A stretch of DNA of 64,000 bases from Mytilus trossulus. Lineage: Eukaryota. This document shows, piece by piece, positions 54,001 through 64,000 of the stretch; positions within the stretch are counted from its first letter, which is position 1, and each line of letters opens with the position of its first letter. The stretch lies in assembly GCF_036588685.1 (NCBI RefSeq), contig NC_086380.1:79670001-79734000 (forward strand), read 5' to 3'. A program made the position numbers and the translations under genes. A model generated the notes under the pieces. It was given only the letters and a program-made list of their open reading frames with translations, was not told where the DNA came from and did no database searches.

Positions 54001-57000
54001 AATATATAGTCACAGTTTTCAAAAAAAATACGACTTCACTGAATATATTTTATTTTTAATTCTAATATGACGTCCTTATTACGCATTGTAAACAAAGCCG
54101 TGTTCCGTGGTTTTTTAACTTATCAAATATGAATTATAATACAGAGACTCCTCGGGGAGGAAACGGGAAACGCCAAACGTTTTTACTGTATTTTCTTACG
54201 CTTCGACCTATACAAATACTGAATTTGTCATAATAGAATCGAAATAATTCCTTCATGTCATGCTCTATGCTCATTTTAACATGGGTAGGCATTATAGTTG
54301 ACCACATTTTACACCTCGCTAACGCTCAGTGTAAAATATCGATAAATATAATGCCTACCCATGTTAAAATGAGCATAGAGCATGACATGAAGGAATTATT
54401 TCTTAATTTGAAATATGCACTTGGTGCCAACCCTGATAATTTATACCGAACCAGTTAAGATTTGATAAACGATCTCAAATGTTTTATATTTCGTGCTATA
54501 GGAAGTGTGCATTGCTATAGAAACCCATCAATTTGATTTTCACGGAGGATACAAGCTTGGTTGTGCACCAAAAGAGGTATGTTACTCAGGTCATTTTAAA
54601 AGAACAGCAGAAGAATACCCGATTAAATATTTCAACACAATCTAGGATTTCATACTTGACACGGATTAAATGCTTTTTGAATTTTTCATTTTGGACAACG
54701 AATTCTAATGCTCGATGGAGTTCAAATATTTTATAGACTTGTAAGTGGAATAAAAGGGGCGTGATATACCGAATGGGAATATTCAACTCAGACTTTGGCA
54801 AATCCACGAAATTAAGTTTAGTTTAAACATATTTTATTTGTTAAAGTACAAATTGGATAAGACACAAGTCAAACAGACTTATGAAGTCTTCTCCATTTAA
54901 CATTTATAGCAATATAATACAAAAATATATGTATGAGCATGCATGTAAAGAATGGTATATCTAAATATATATATAAATATGGATCAAAAGACGGAAAATT
55001 GAAGATTGAAGAAAAAGAAAACAATAATAATACAGAAAAAATAAATAAAAAATAAAAATAAAAATAAAAATATATAATATATAAANNNNNNNNNNNNNNN
55101 NNNNNNNNNNNNNNNNNNNNNNNNNNNNNNNNNNNNNNNNNNNNNNNNNNNNNNNNNNNNNNNNNNNNNNNNNNNNNNNNNNNNNNNNNNNNNNNNNNNN
55201 NNNNNNNNNNNNNNNNNNNNNNNNNNNNNNNNNNNNGTGTGTGCGATCATGGTTTGCTACCTAGACAATTTGAAATCTTTCCGAACTTTTAATAAACTCA
55301 AAGACATTTTTGAAAATGTTTCGGTTTTGCTCTAAAGTAAGAAGACAACTACCCGAGGTAAGTAGTTCTATGTTAATTTTACAATCATTTGGAAGCCAGC
55401 GAAGACTTTCAAACATTTTATTTCGTATGTTTGAATATAATATACATTTAAAAAAGAAATGATAGGAATCTTCACGATTAACACCACAGCGGCAGGAAGG
55501 GTCAGAAATAATGTTGACCCTATATAGATCATAGTTTAAGGATGATGCAAAACATCGAAGTTGGGTGAGAATTATATTCAATTTTCGATTTCCAAATTCA
55601 TATTGCTTCGAAATTAAGTATCCACTAAAATACGATTTCTCCTACATGGACGAATATAAGTAAATCTATTTACCAGAATTGTTATCACATCAGCAACACG
55701 ACGGGTTCCACATATGGAGCAGGATATGCTTACCCTTCCAGAGCACATGAAATCACCCCTAGTTTTGGTAGGGTTCGTGTTGTTTATTCTTTAGTTTTCT
55801 ATGTTGTGTCATGTGTACTATTAGACATGTTACGAAAAGGTATATTCACGACGCTGAGGTTGACAATTTACACTTTAAATGAGGGGAACATGTCAAAATA
55901 CAAAAGAGATTAGCTGTATATAGATATTATAAATATTGCGTATGGAACGAATATTCAATAATATTTGAACCACAAGAAATATAAGAAAAAGATATTCAAA
56001 AATTCTTTGATATTTTTTAATAAACTCTAATGCGGAAAGTTTTGGGGGAAGGGTGCAGATAAATGTGGAAGATGTGCAGAGCACGGAGACACGGGGTACA
56101 CACTTAGGGAACTACCATTTGATTTTTATGGGAAGGGGGGGGGGGCTAGGACGAAATTTGAAAAAAAGTTGGCAGGACCGGAGTTTTGAGTAAAAAAAAT
56201 GCAGGCTGATACACTTGCCAAAACAAAAAGTCAGGACGACAATTTAGTTTAAAAAAATGTACAAATGTGTCTTATCTAGGGGTATGCAAGCCCTTAAAAG
56301 ACTTTGCAAGTATCCTTAGGTTTTACCAATTTATCTACTCGGGATATATATGTAACGGTAATTTTCATATACTTTGTTATGAAACAAAACAAAGAAGTGA
56401 CCACATGTATTTTAATCCAGTTATTTGCACCCTAATTGTATCTAACGTGGTCTATTTTAAAACAACCAAAGAGCGTTTTTATATACGTTTTAGAAAAAAA
56501 TACTGCCGGTCTTTTTTCTATTTCAGGTACAATGCTAGGGAGGTACCAGTTGTTGTTAGGGGGAGGGGAGGGGCATAAAAAAGTCAGAATAAACTTATTA
56601 AAAAGGATGAACCGAATAGAGTGATAAATAAAACAGGACAGTGAGAGATTACAAAACAAATGCAGACCAAAATTTGTCATCTCCACCCCCACCCCCCACC
56701 CCCCACCCCAACCCAACCAGACTATAGAGCACTGTGCAGGATTAGTGGAGCGACAGATTGGATTGTTCAGGAACTGTAATAATAAAATAACTAATCTATA
56801 AATGCATGGCTTACTATGTAAATATTATCAATCTAGAATCGAACGAACTTGTATAACTCTTAGACCCCCTTTTTTCCAGCCCCCTTTTTCGAGCCCCCTT
56901 TTTGTCCGGCTCGCTCACTCCTGCACGCGTACACCTTTCACGTCCTATATAATCGCCAGCAATGATACCCAAAAAGCAATTGTCATATTCGATGTAACAC

Positions 57001-60000
57001 TATGATGTTCTAGATAATGTGATTTATATTAACCACGAAGCACATGATTTGAAGTTTACCTGTTCAAATCTATAATCAATGTTTTGACACCGTCCCCACA
57101 TTTAAAGTCTTATTTGTCAACCTCAGCGTCGAGAATATACCTTTTCGTAACATGTCTATTAGTTGTATGTTTGTCTTTTTCATTTCTAGCCATGGCGTTA
57201 TCAGTTTTATTTATGAGTTTGACTGTCCCTTGGGTATATTTAGTCCTTCTTTTTTAGACATGCAATAATTTACTGACGCGGGATATAGATGGGATATGTT
57301 GTGACACTAACTTTTGCAATGGAAACTATGTACCATCAACAACTGTGATTCCTTCTACCTCAACTGTATATGACAACAATCTCGGGATGCCTACAGGTAC
57401 CATTATCACTTCTTATATTCAATAAACGATTTGCTTAATAACATTGAGAATTGAAATGGGGAATATGTCAACGAGACAACCACCATCAGCAAAACATAGT
57501 CGAATGCCATCAATGGGTCTCAACACACCAAGAAAATCCAGCAACTGGAAGCGTGCTTCAGCTGGCCCCTAAACAAAAATGTGTACTAGTTCAGTGATAA
57601 TGAGGTCATATTAAACAACAAAGCAAGTAAGTTGTGGTATTTTTGTAAAGAAAGAAACCCGCTTAACTTATTATTGATAATTAATGTTAAAGTCGCATAT
57701 TTTAATATTTATTTCTGAAAAGTTTAAACGTGTCAACTTTGTTTTACACTTTCATAAATAGTCGCATCAATCGTTTAAAAGATGTTTAACATGCCATTAC
57801 TATTTTGTAATGCTGAAAATAACAAAATATTCAAATTTATATACATATAAAATATAATGTAAAGGTTAAAACAAATGCAACTATAACCATTAAGAGATAA
57901 GACATAGCACCAATACCATATTTCAATCTTAAAATGTCAATGAAATTGAGTGACAACAATCTATCTAATTACCCGCTTCGTAAAAACACGAGCAACACGA
58001 TGGGTGCTACATGTGAAGCACCACCTGAAACCAACCCAAGGTTTTGGTGGGGTCCATGTTGTTGTTGTGTCCCTATTTTTGCGTTTGTTCACACGCATCT
58101 TTGACTATGTTAATATAATGAAATTTGATGCTTCTGTCGTACAAGTGAGAGGTTCAGCGCTATAAAACTTGGTTAATCTCACCATTTTCTACATTTGAAA
58201 ATGCCTGTACTAAGTCAGGAATATGACAGTTGTTTTTTGGTCATTTGATTAGGGACTTTCTGTTTTGATATTCCTCGGATTTCAGTATTTCTTTGATTTT
58301 ACTTTTCACGGTTTTAGTGGTATAATTGATAATTGTTAATTGTAGAGATTATACATCAAATCTAGTACTAGTATGTGAAATTATATGAAAACGCCCATTT
58401 TAATTATTTAGATGTGGGATATTTTATTATTTCCCCGAGGGTATCACTAGCCCAGTAGTCAGCACTTCTGTGTTGACTTGATTTATCATTGATATGTTTA
58501 TAATTATAAATTAACTGTTAACAACACTTTTTTGAATTACTAAGGCTTTTCTACCTCATGATACCTTAGCTGTATTTGGCAAATTTCTTTGGTTATTTTC
58601 GGTCCTTTATGCTCTTCAACTTCGTACTTTATTTGGTCTTTAAAACATTTTTGATTCGAGCGTCATTGATTAGTCTTTTGTAGACGAAACGCGCGTCTGG
58701 CTGTCGCATATGTAAAATTTGAATCAATGTATCAATGATGAGTTTATTATGTCTACAAAGGTTGTTATCCAGATCTTATAAATGGCTGCCCTGTTGGATT
58801 TTCTAGAGAACGAAACAGTTGCTATAGTATTGGACGAAAATGGAAAACTATGACAGACGCCAGAGTAAGTATAACAATATATAGGACGTTTAAAAATATC
58901 TTAATCTCGAAGCTAAATACAGAGTGCAACATATCATGTTAGGAAACTTTTGTGGATTTATTATTATTTATTGGATGCCAATTTTCGTGGATACAGGTGA
59001 ACGAGTTACTGTGGATTAATTACTATGCATTGGATACCAATTTTCGTGGATACAGGTGATTTTTAAATATTCAACAAATTGCACATTTTCTATAAGCTTG
59101 TATACAGACATTGGAAAACAGCGAAATTAAATATCACCGAAATGTTTTCCCTCAATCCACGAAAATTAGTTCCCATTTAAATGATTGATTTTACAGTAAA
59201 AGCTTTATGATTAAAGTTCAGGTATAAACCTTATTCAAAATTTACAATTCCTTGCTTGAACCTATAGGAGCATTCAACCGGATGGACCATGTACCTCGAA
59301 TGCATTATTTCACCACCGGCAAAGTAATACAACATACTATAAAGTTTTCGCTCAAAAACTGTATGTAGAAAAAACATGTCCCTATGAAAAAACGGACGGA
59401 GGGACAGTGGTAGCAAGAATATGTCCTGCAAAAGCTGCATGAATTTTAATTTTAAAATTTGGGACTGCATATCTGATATAACTGTATTATGAATTGCCTT
59501 ATCAATAAAATTATATTTACTGGTAATTCATATCTACGACACCAACTTATTTCATTCTAAAGCAAAAATGCACTAAACACCAAATTAATAAAGCAGTGTA
59601 AAACATAGATAGATACTGAATCATAAAAACAGATAAAAACAATGGAGCAAAAAAGCAATACCAAGATTTTATACCGGGGTATTAGCCTCACGTATTTATG
59701 TTAACATTGCTAACTTTTATTGACCAAATGGTTGCGCTTCAAACGGAAACAAGTTTCTAGAATTATTTTCTATTGTAGACGGAATGTTTGAGAAATTGCA
59801 GCAGACTTGCAATTATAAGCAGCGAAAGGGAAAACGAAGACATTACACATTTTTTACAACGTGTTTCACACCATGCAAATGCTTTCCATGGAGTGAATGA
59901 AGGTTGTATTATCTTATCCCAGGCATAGATGAGAGGGGGAATGACCTTTATCGGGACTCCGGGATCGGGTGTTTATAAGCTCGGAATTTCGGGAATGATC

Positions 60001-62444
60001 CTTTCGGAATCCGGGAATTATTTTTTTTCAAATTTCGGGGTGTCGGGATTTAAATTCGGGATTACGTGATTTCATGTTTGTAAGTCCTGGATTTCTGGAT
60101 TAGGATCCCGCCGATCACCCCCCCCCCCCCCCTTTTCCTCTAGATTACCTAAGCCGATATTTGGCACTTTTTGGGAAATTTCAGGTCCTCAAATCGCTAC
60201 AATATTGTACTTCTTTTGGCTTTGTTACTATTTTGATCTGAGCGTCACTTATGAGACGAAATGCGCGTCTGGCGTATCAAATTAAAATCCTGGTACCTTT
60301 AACTATTGTATTATATGTCCTTAACATATCTTTCTATTGTATAAAATGGTATCAAATGCATTTTTCTAAATGAAATATATTGTTTTGCAGAACAAGGAAA
60401 CGAAACTTTTTTATAAACGCGCATACTTAAGTTCCGATCAGTCCAGCAAGATTAAGCTCATTAGATTCATTTGACATTTTTTCTGATTAGACTGTTATGT
60501 ATGTAATATGCTAAACTGATTTTCATATGTGTATGTAAAATACTAAGATGTCGTATTATTGCTAATGAGACGACCATCATCTACACAGCAACTTTTGCAT
60601 AGGTACTATTTATGTACTATTTATGTACCACAAATCTGTAGTACGAAATCTACTATTGTGTTACTTACGAATTATTGTAATATTTAAGTATCTGTATTTT
60701 ACAGTACTTGATTTGTACTTGAAATTTAAGTACTACAGTTTTTTGGTTGCATGGTTACATTTTCAGGATTTTGGACGTTTGTCCTTTTTCAAATTTCATG
60801 AAGTTATGATGTTCAAATATGGAATACTGTGATCATTGTTGGTATTATTTTGGTACCAATATTTTGAGTACAAATCAAGTACTGGAAAATACAAGTACCT
60901 AAATATTACAATAATTTTAAAGTAAAGAAATATATAGTACTAAATATTACAAGTAAATTTCCAGTACTACAGATTTTAAGTACAGAAATAGTACCTATGC
61001 AAAAGTAGCTGTGTAGAATCCAAATGACGGCGATGTAAATATAGGCAACAGTAGTATGCAACTGTTCGAAATTCACAAATCGATTGAGAGAAAAACAAGC
61101 CGGGGTACGAACCAAAACTGTGGGAAATACATCAACTATAAGAGGAGAACAACGACACAACAGAAACATTAAAATGCAACACACACAGAAACGATTTATT
61201 AGATAATAAAAGGCATTTTCCTAACTTGACACAGGACATTTTAAGAGAAAATGGTGAGTTGAACCTGTTTTTGAGGCTAGCAAAACCTCCCGTTTTAATT
61301 GCAATGTTAAATACTAGTATAACACTAAAATGACAACATTACATGGCAGGAAAAGATACAAATAAATTGAAGAACATATATAGGTTCACTGTTTATAATA
61401 CACCACATCGACTGGCACTGTTTACATTGTTGTTTTCGATTCATCCACACGCCATAGTAGCTATATTTTGTGTTTTGTTTTCGAGTCATCCACACGCCAT
61501 AGTACCTATATTTTGTGTTTTGTTTTCGAGTCACCCACACGCCATAGTACCTATATTTTTGTTTTGTTTTCTAATAGAAGGTACTATATATTTGGAAAGT
61601 AGTTGACCATTTAACCAAATATTTTTTAATGGTTTTTATGTTTCGGTATTTTCTCAACAGCATCATTAGTTGTTTTGTATTGCACTATTTGTTTGCAAAT
61701 ACGCTAGATAAGACTACAACGGTGATGATCATTAAAACTACATGGTTGATATTAAGTGTTCAAACTCTAATATTTTCATTATTATTTGTCGCCTCTGATG
61801 GCAAGGGTATCACGTTTTCTGCATGAAACTTAATAAATAATGAAAATCATTCAAAGACACTATATTGTATTTCTATCATGACAATCGATGCTTGTATAAT
61901 ATATAACTGGGTGAAGGGGCTCAGTAGTGCAGTGTCCTAAGTAGTCGAACGACTATTTACTTAACGTATCAACGAGGTTGTGAGTACTAATCTAGCAAAT
62001 GAAATGTACGCTCGACTCTAATCTACTTTGACTAGGAGTTTCAGATTTTATACTTAAGGTGGATGGGTCCCCTAGCACTCTGGCTTCCGCAATCAATAAA
62101 AACTGACCGCCATGAAGTGGCGTTTTACACTAATCAATCAATCAATTAATCATTCAATCGAGGTTTGTTTGTAACTTTTTTCAGATTATCACTATTGGAT
62201 TGAAGCTTATAGAAATCACGGTGGTAACAGCCCATGGCATTGGCCCAGTATTGGTTCTAGTTTGACCTACTCTCATTGGAGAAACGGATCGCACCCTCAC
62301 CAAAGTCATTATTTGGAACGTTGTGCCAGCATAGGTAAAGGGGAATGGAATCATCATTCTCCTCATGGATATTACTGGGATCATCATAGCTGTAATGCAA
62401 AATTTGCTGCACTATGTGAATTTCCCCTAGGGAATGATCCTTAA
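42058..62444 (+). CDS. Secreted mosaic protein: signal peptide - ShKT - Ly6/uPAR-like - ShKT - Ly6/uPAR-like - Ser/Thr linker - His-rich C-type lectin domain; 12 exons, ~464 aa
   Basis: Exons 42058-42094 (MTLIYGLTLIVC), 43406-43540 (VSVIYAASVCEDH...CPRTCGRC), 44914-44993 (PLKCFSC..EC..C), 45849-45920 (ACIATQ...YQLNCVDNK, GC donor), 48407-48560 (ICTDL...CCATDLCN), 51112-51249 (VHTN...CPTTCGMC), 53076-53152 (SLTCYEC..NC..C), 54502-54576 (EVCIAIE...YKLGCAPKE), 57258-57396 (TC...CCDTNFCN), 58761-58864 (GC..GCPVGF..NSCY..MTDAR), 59779-59902 (TECLRNCSRLAIISSERENE), 62185-62444 (YWIEA..WHW..YSHW..ERCA..WDHHSC..ALCE). Sum 1395 nt, phases consistent; AATAAA at 62454. An assembly gap lies in one intron. 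Confidence 0.82.
42455..43096. mobile_element. Probable non-autonomous Helentron/Helitron-like repeat in intron 1
   Basis: Internal ~180-bp imperfect repeats (aagcttctgtccaagttt..., aaactttaac), a gcc microsatellite, and a terminal hairpin ttcgactaaagtcgaa followed by ggctcgacaaaaa. Confidence 0.45.
45968..46722. mobile_element. TIR element with a nested 140-bp MITE (46270-46410)
   Basis: Outer tttatccccggcttagt ... actaagaccggggataaa; inner gggttgcgttcaatatcgtag ... ctacgatattgaacacgaccc. Confidence 0.6.
46779..46996. mobile_element. Palindromic MITE
   Basis: aatagggctcttcacggttagttc ... gaactaaccgtgaagagccctatt, with mirrored interior. Confidence 0.75.
47329..47991. mobile_element. Long-TIR MITE containing a nested element (47435-47725) with internal ~20-bp tandem repeats
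   Basis: Outer ggtcacaccttaccggatagcacgaacggacgcctaacg is inverted at ~47948-47986. Inner tacggaagcgtattagcgccacacattttt ... aaaaatgtgtggcgctaatacgcttccgta is flanked by direct gaaatg. Confidence 0.85.
49296..51161 (+). repeat. 62-bp minisatellite, ~30 copies, made of a splice acceptor plus the start of the second ShKT exon
   Basis: Unit ctatatatttcag|ttcacactaacggtaatattcatctcagcacacattgtcatgtaataga. The last copy runs into unique exon sequence (..HCHVIDTVVCQYL..). Confidence 0.98.
54241..54402. mobile_element. 162-bp hairpin MITE with a perfect ~56-bp inverted repeat
   Basis: gaaataattccttcatgtcatgctctatgctcattttaacatgggtaggcattata and its exact reverse complement. Confidence 0.8.
55086..55236. 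other. Assembly gap (151 N)
   Basis: Run of n. Confidence 1.
55261..55610 (-). mobile_element. 3' fragment of a non-LTR retrotransposon ORF2 (C-terminal CCHC-type region, CR1/L2-like)
   Basis: LTQLRC..SSLNYDLYRVNIISDPSCRCG..EDSYHFFFKC..YSNIR....LLTSG...IFK.V.EFIKSSERF*; 5'-truncated. Confidence 0.7.
55822..57158. mobile_element. ~1.3-kb TIR element inserted into a Penelope 3' fragment
   Basis: tagacatgttacgaaaaggtatattcacgacgctgaggttgacaa ... ttgtcaacctcagcgtcgagaatataccttttcgtaacatgtcta. The host repeat breaks at ...atgtgtacta and resumes ...gtttgtctttttcatttctagccatggcg. Confidence 0.8.
58605..58745 (+). repeat. Hammerhead-bearing dispersed repeat
   Basis: gagcgtcattgattagtcttttgtagacGAAAcgcgcGTCtggc at 58658-58701. 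Confidence 0.7.
60581..61016. mobile_element. Palindromic TIR element (ta|cacagc...gctgtg|ta)
   Basis: ctacacagcaacttttgcataggtactattt ... aaatagtacctatgcaaaagtagctgtgtag. Confidence 0.7.
61430..61572 (+). repeat. 45-bp tandem repeat, 3 copies
   Basis: tcatccacacgccatagta recurs at 61441, 61486 and 61531. Confidence 0.85.
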
Positions 62445-64000
62445 CTTTCCTTTAATAAAACTTCCAACAAGGTTGCCTATTTAACATTTTGATTCGAGCG
62501 TCACTAATGAGTCTTTTGTAGACTAAACGCGCTTCTGGCGTAAATATATTTCTTTTATCCTGGTATCTATTATGCGTGTATTTGTAAGATTGTTTGTATG
62601 TTTTTAACGTTCAAGGATATTGATGTCAATTTAATGGAATTGTATACAATTGTTATACTAATCCTGGTACCTCTGATAACAAATTATACAAGTGATATGT
62701 TAAGCTTGCTATAAAACTAGGTTTAACGAACAATTTTCTATAAGACAAAATGCGTGTGCCAAGTCATGAATATAAAAAAGAAAAGTCACAAAAATACTCA
62801 ACTCCGAGAAAAATTCAAAACGGAAAGAAATGGAAAAATTAAAAACTCAAACAACTCAAACGAATGGATAACAGCTGTCATATCCCTAACCTAGTGTATG
62901 AATTGTTCTCCATTCATTTGATGAGTTTGAGCATATGCTTTTGCAATTTGGTAAGGGACTTAAATAATTATCTATTTGTATACCCCGGAGTTCGTTTTTG
63001 TTTTTAATATTTCACTTTGTATCATCAGAAATGCAGAAAATGTATTGATGTCTTCCTCTTATGCAATTAGCTACATTTGTTGAAAAGCCTTCGGAATTTT
63101 GCGTGATTCAATCTCGGCAACTTCGTTGGTTTTTTTTATTTTCAACTCTTTCGATTTGAGCGTAAAACATTACATTTTTGTAAAACAAACGCGTGTTTGT
63201 TGTGCAAAAGTTGAATTCTGGTATCAATGATCGCATTTACTTGCAAATGACGTACAATAGATAGTATTTAAATGAATACACGCAACCAGGACATTCACTA
63301 TTACGTATTCTGTTTCTACACCTCAAACGGCACAGAACAACATGTTTTACTTCATCCAACAAATGGACCAGAACATGTTTTCTTTTTGTATTAATATATG
63401 TTTGTGTTTTCATGATACGAATGAAATAATATAAGTTAAGCTTTGGCTATTTTCATTGGATTTAAGATTGTGTCTGGAAAAAAAAACAAAAAACAAAAAC
63501 AAAAACTGAACTTATATGTACACATAGCAAATTCCACGTTTGTAATGTAGGATGCTGATACTGAGATTGTTTTCAAATTAAATTTATTTTGTTTATATTT
63601 TATCTGTTTTGCAACTCTTATTTACACGTGAAAACGTGAATATGTTACATATTTAAATACCATTATTAGTGTCACAGAAAAAACGAGCTCCAATGCAAAT
63701 TTAAAAAATCTATAAAAATTACCAAATTTAATTTTACACTGACCAATTTCAATATATACCAACTTATTATTGGAATAAAACTTAATATACTGCAATACCG
63801 TAGTGCCTAAATGTTCTCTCTGATTGTTTTTTATTCGACCACAACGTTCTCTACGTGTCTTTGCCACTTGTATGTTGTATGTTTTCATACTGCTAGAATC
63901 CATCTATAATAAATTGTTCTGTATTTCTGAAGTTACATTGTTACAGTTTTTTTTATTTGAATATTGATTTTAAAAACTTTATTTGTTATAAAAACAAGTT

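Noticed and set aside
54984-55250. ORF spanning the N run
   Set aside because: Artefact of the assembly gap.
58773-58864. Shorter acceptor (ttatccag) for the first CTLD exon
   Set aside because: It is in frame and cannot be excluded, but 58761 is preferred because it adds a Cys that could pair with the extra Cys in CLRNC.

Overview
AT-rich, intron-containing metazoan DNA; the repeat content resembles a mytilid bivalve (inference). I rebuilt four spliced genes by hand from splice sites and reading phase. (1) A 4-exon secreted QPD-type C-type lectin (8121-12894, +). (2) An 8-exon SLC22/organic-cation-transporter-like MFS gene (22586-37400, +, ~521 aa). (3) A 2-exon vanin/biotinidase-family gene (40534-37793, -, ~508 aa) whose catalytic Glu and Cys positions read Asp and Ser. 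(4) A 12-exon secreted mosaic protein, signal peptide-ShKT-Ly6/uPAR-ShKT-Ly6/uPAR-His-rich C-type lectin (42058-62444, +, ~464 aa). The most striking structure is a pair of mirror-image minisatellites built from exon/intron junctions: ~129 x 52 bp copying an exon end plus 5' splice donor in gene 2, and ~30 x 62 bp copying a 3' splice acceptor plus exon start in gene 4. The rest comprises a decayed Penelope-like retroelement with an N-terminal GIY-YIG domain, many of its 3' fragments, a dispersed repeat whose consensus is a minimal hammerhead ribozyme, many nested TIR MITEs, a LINE fragment and a 151-N gap. Repeat boundaries are approximate.
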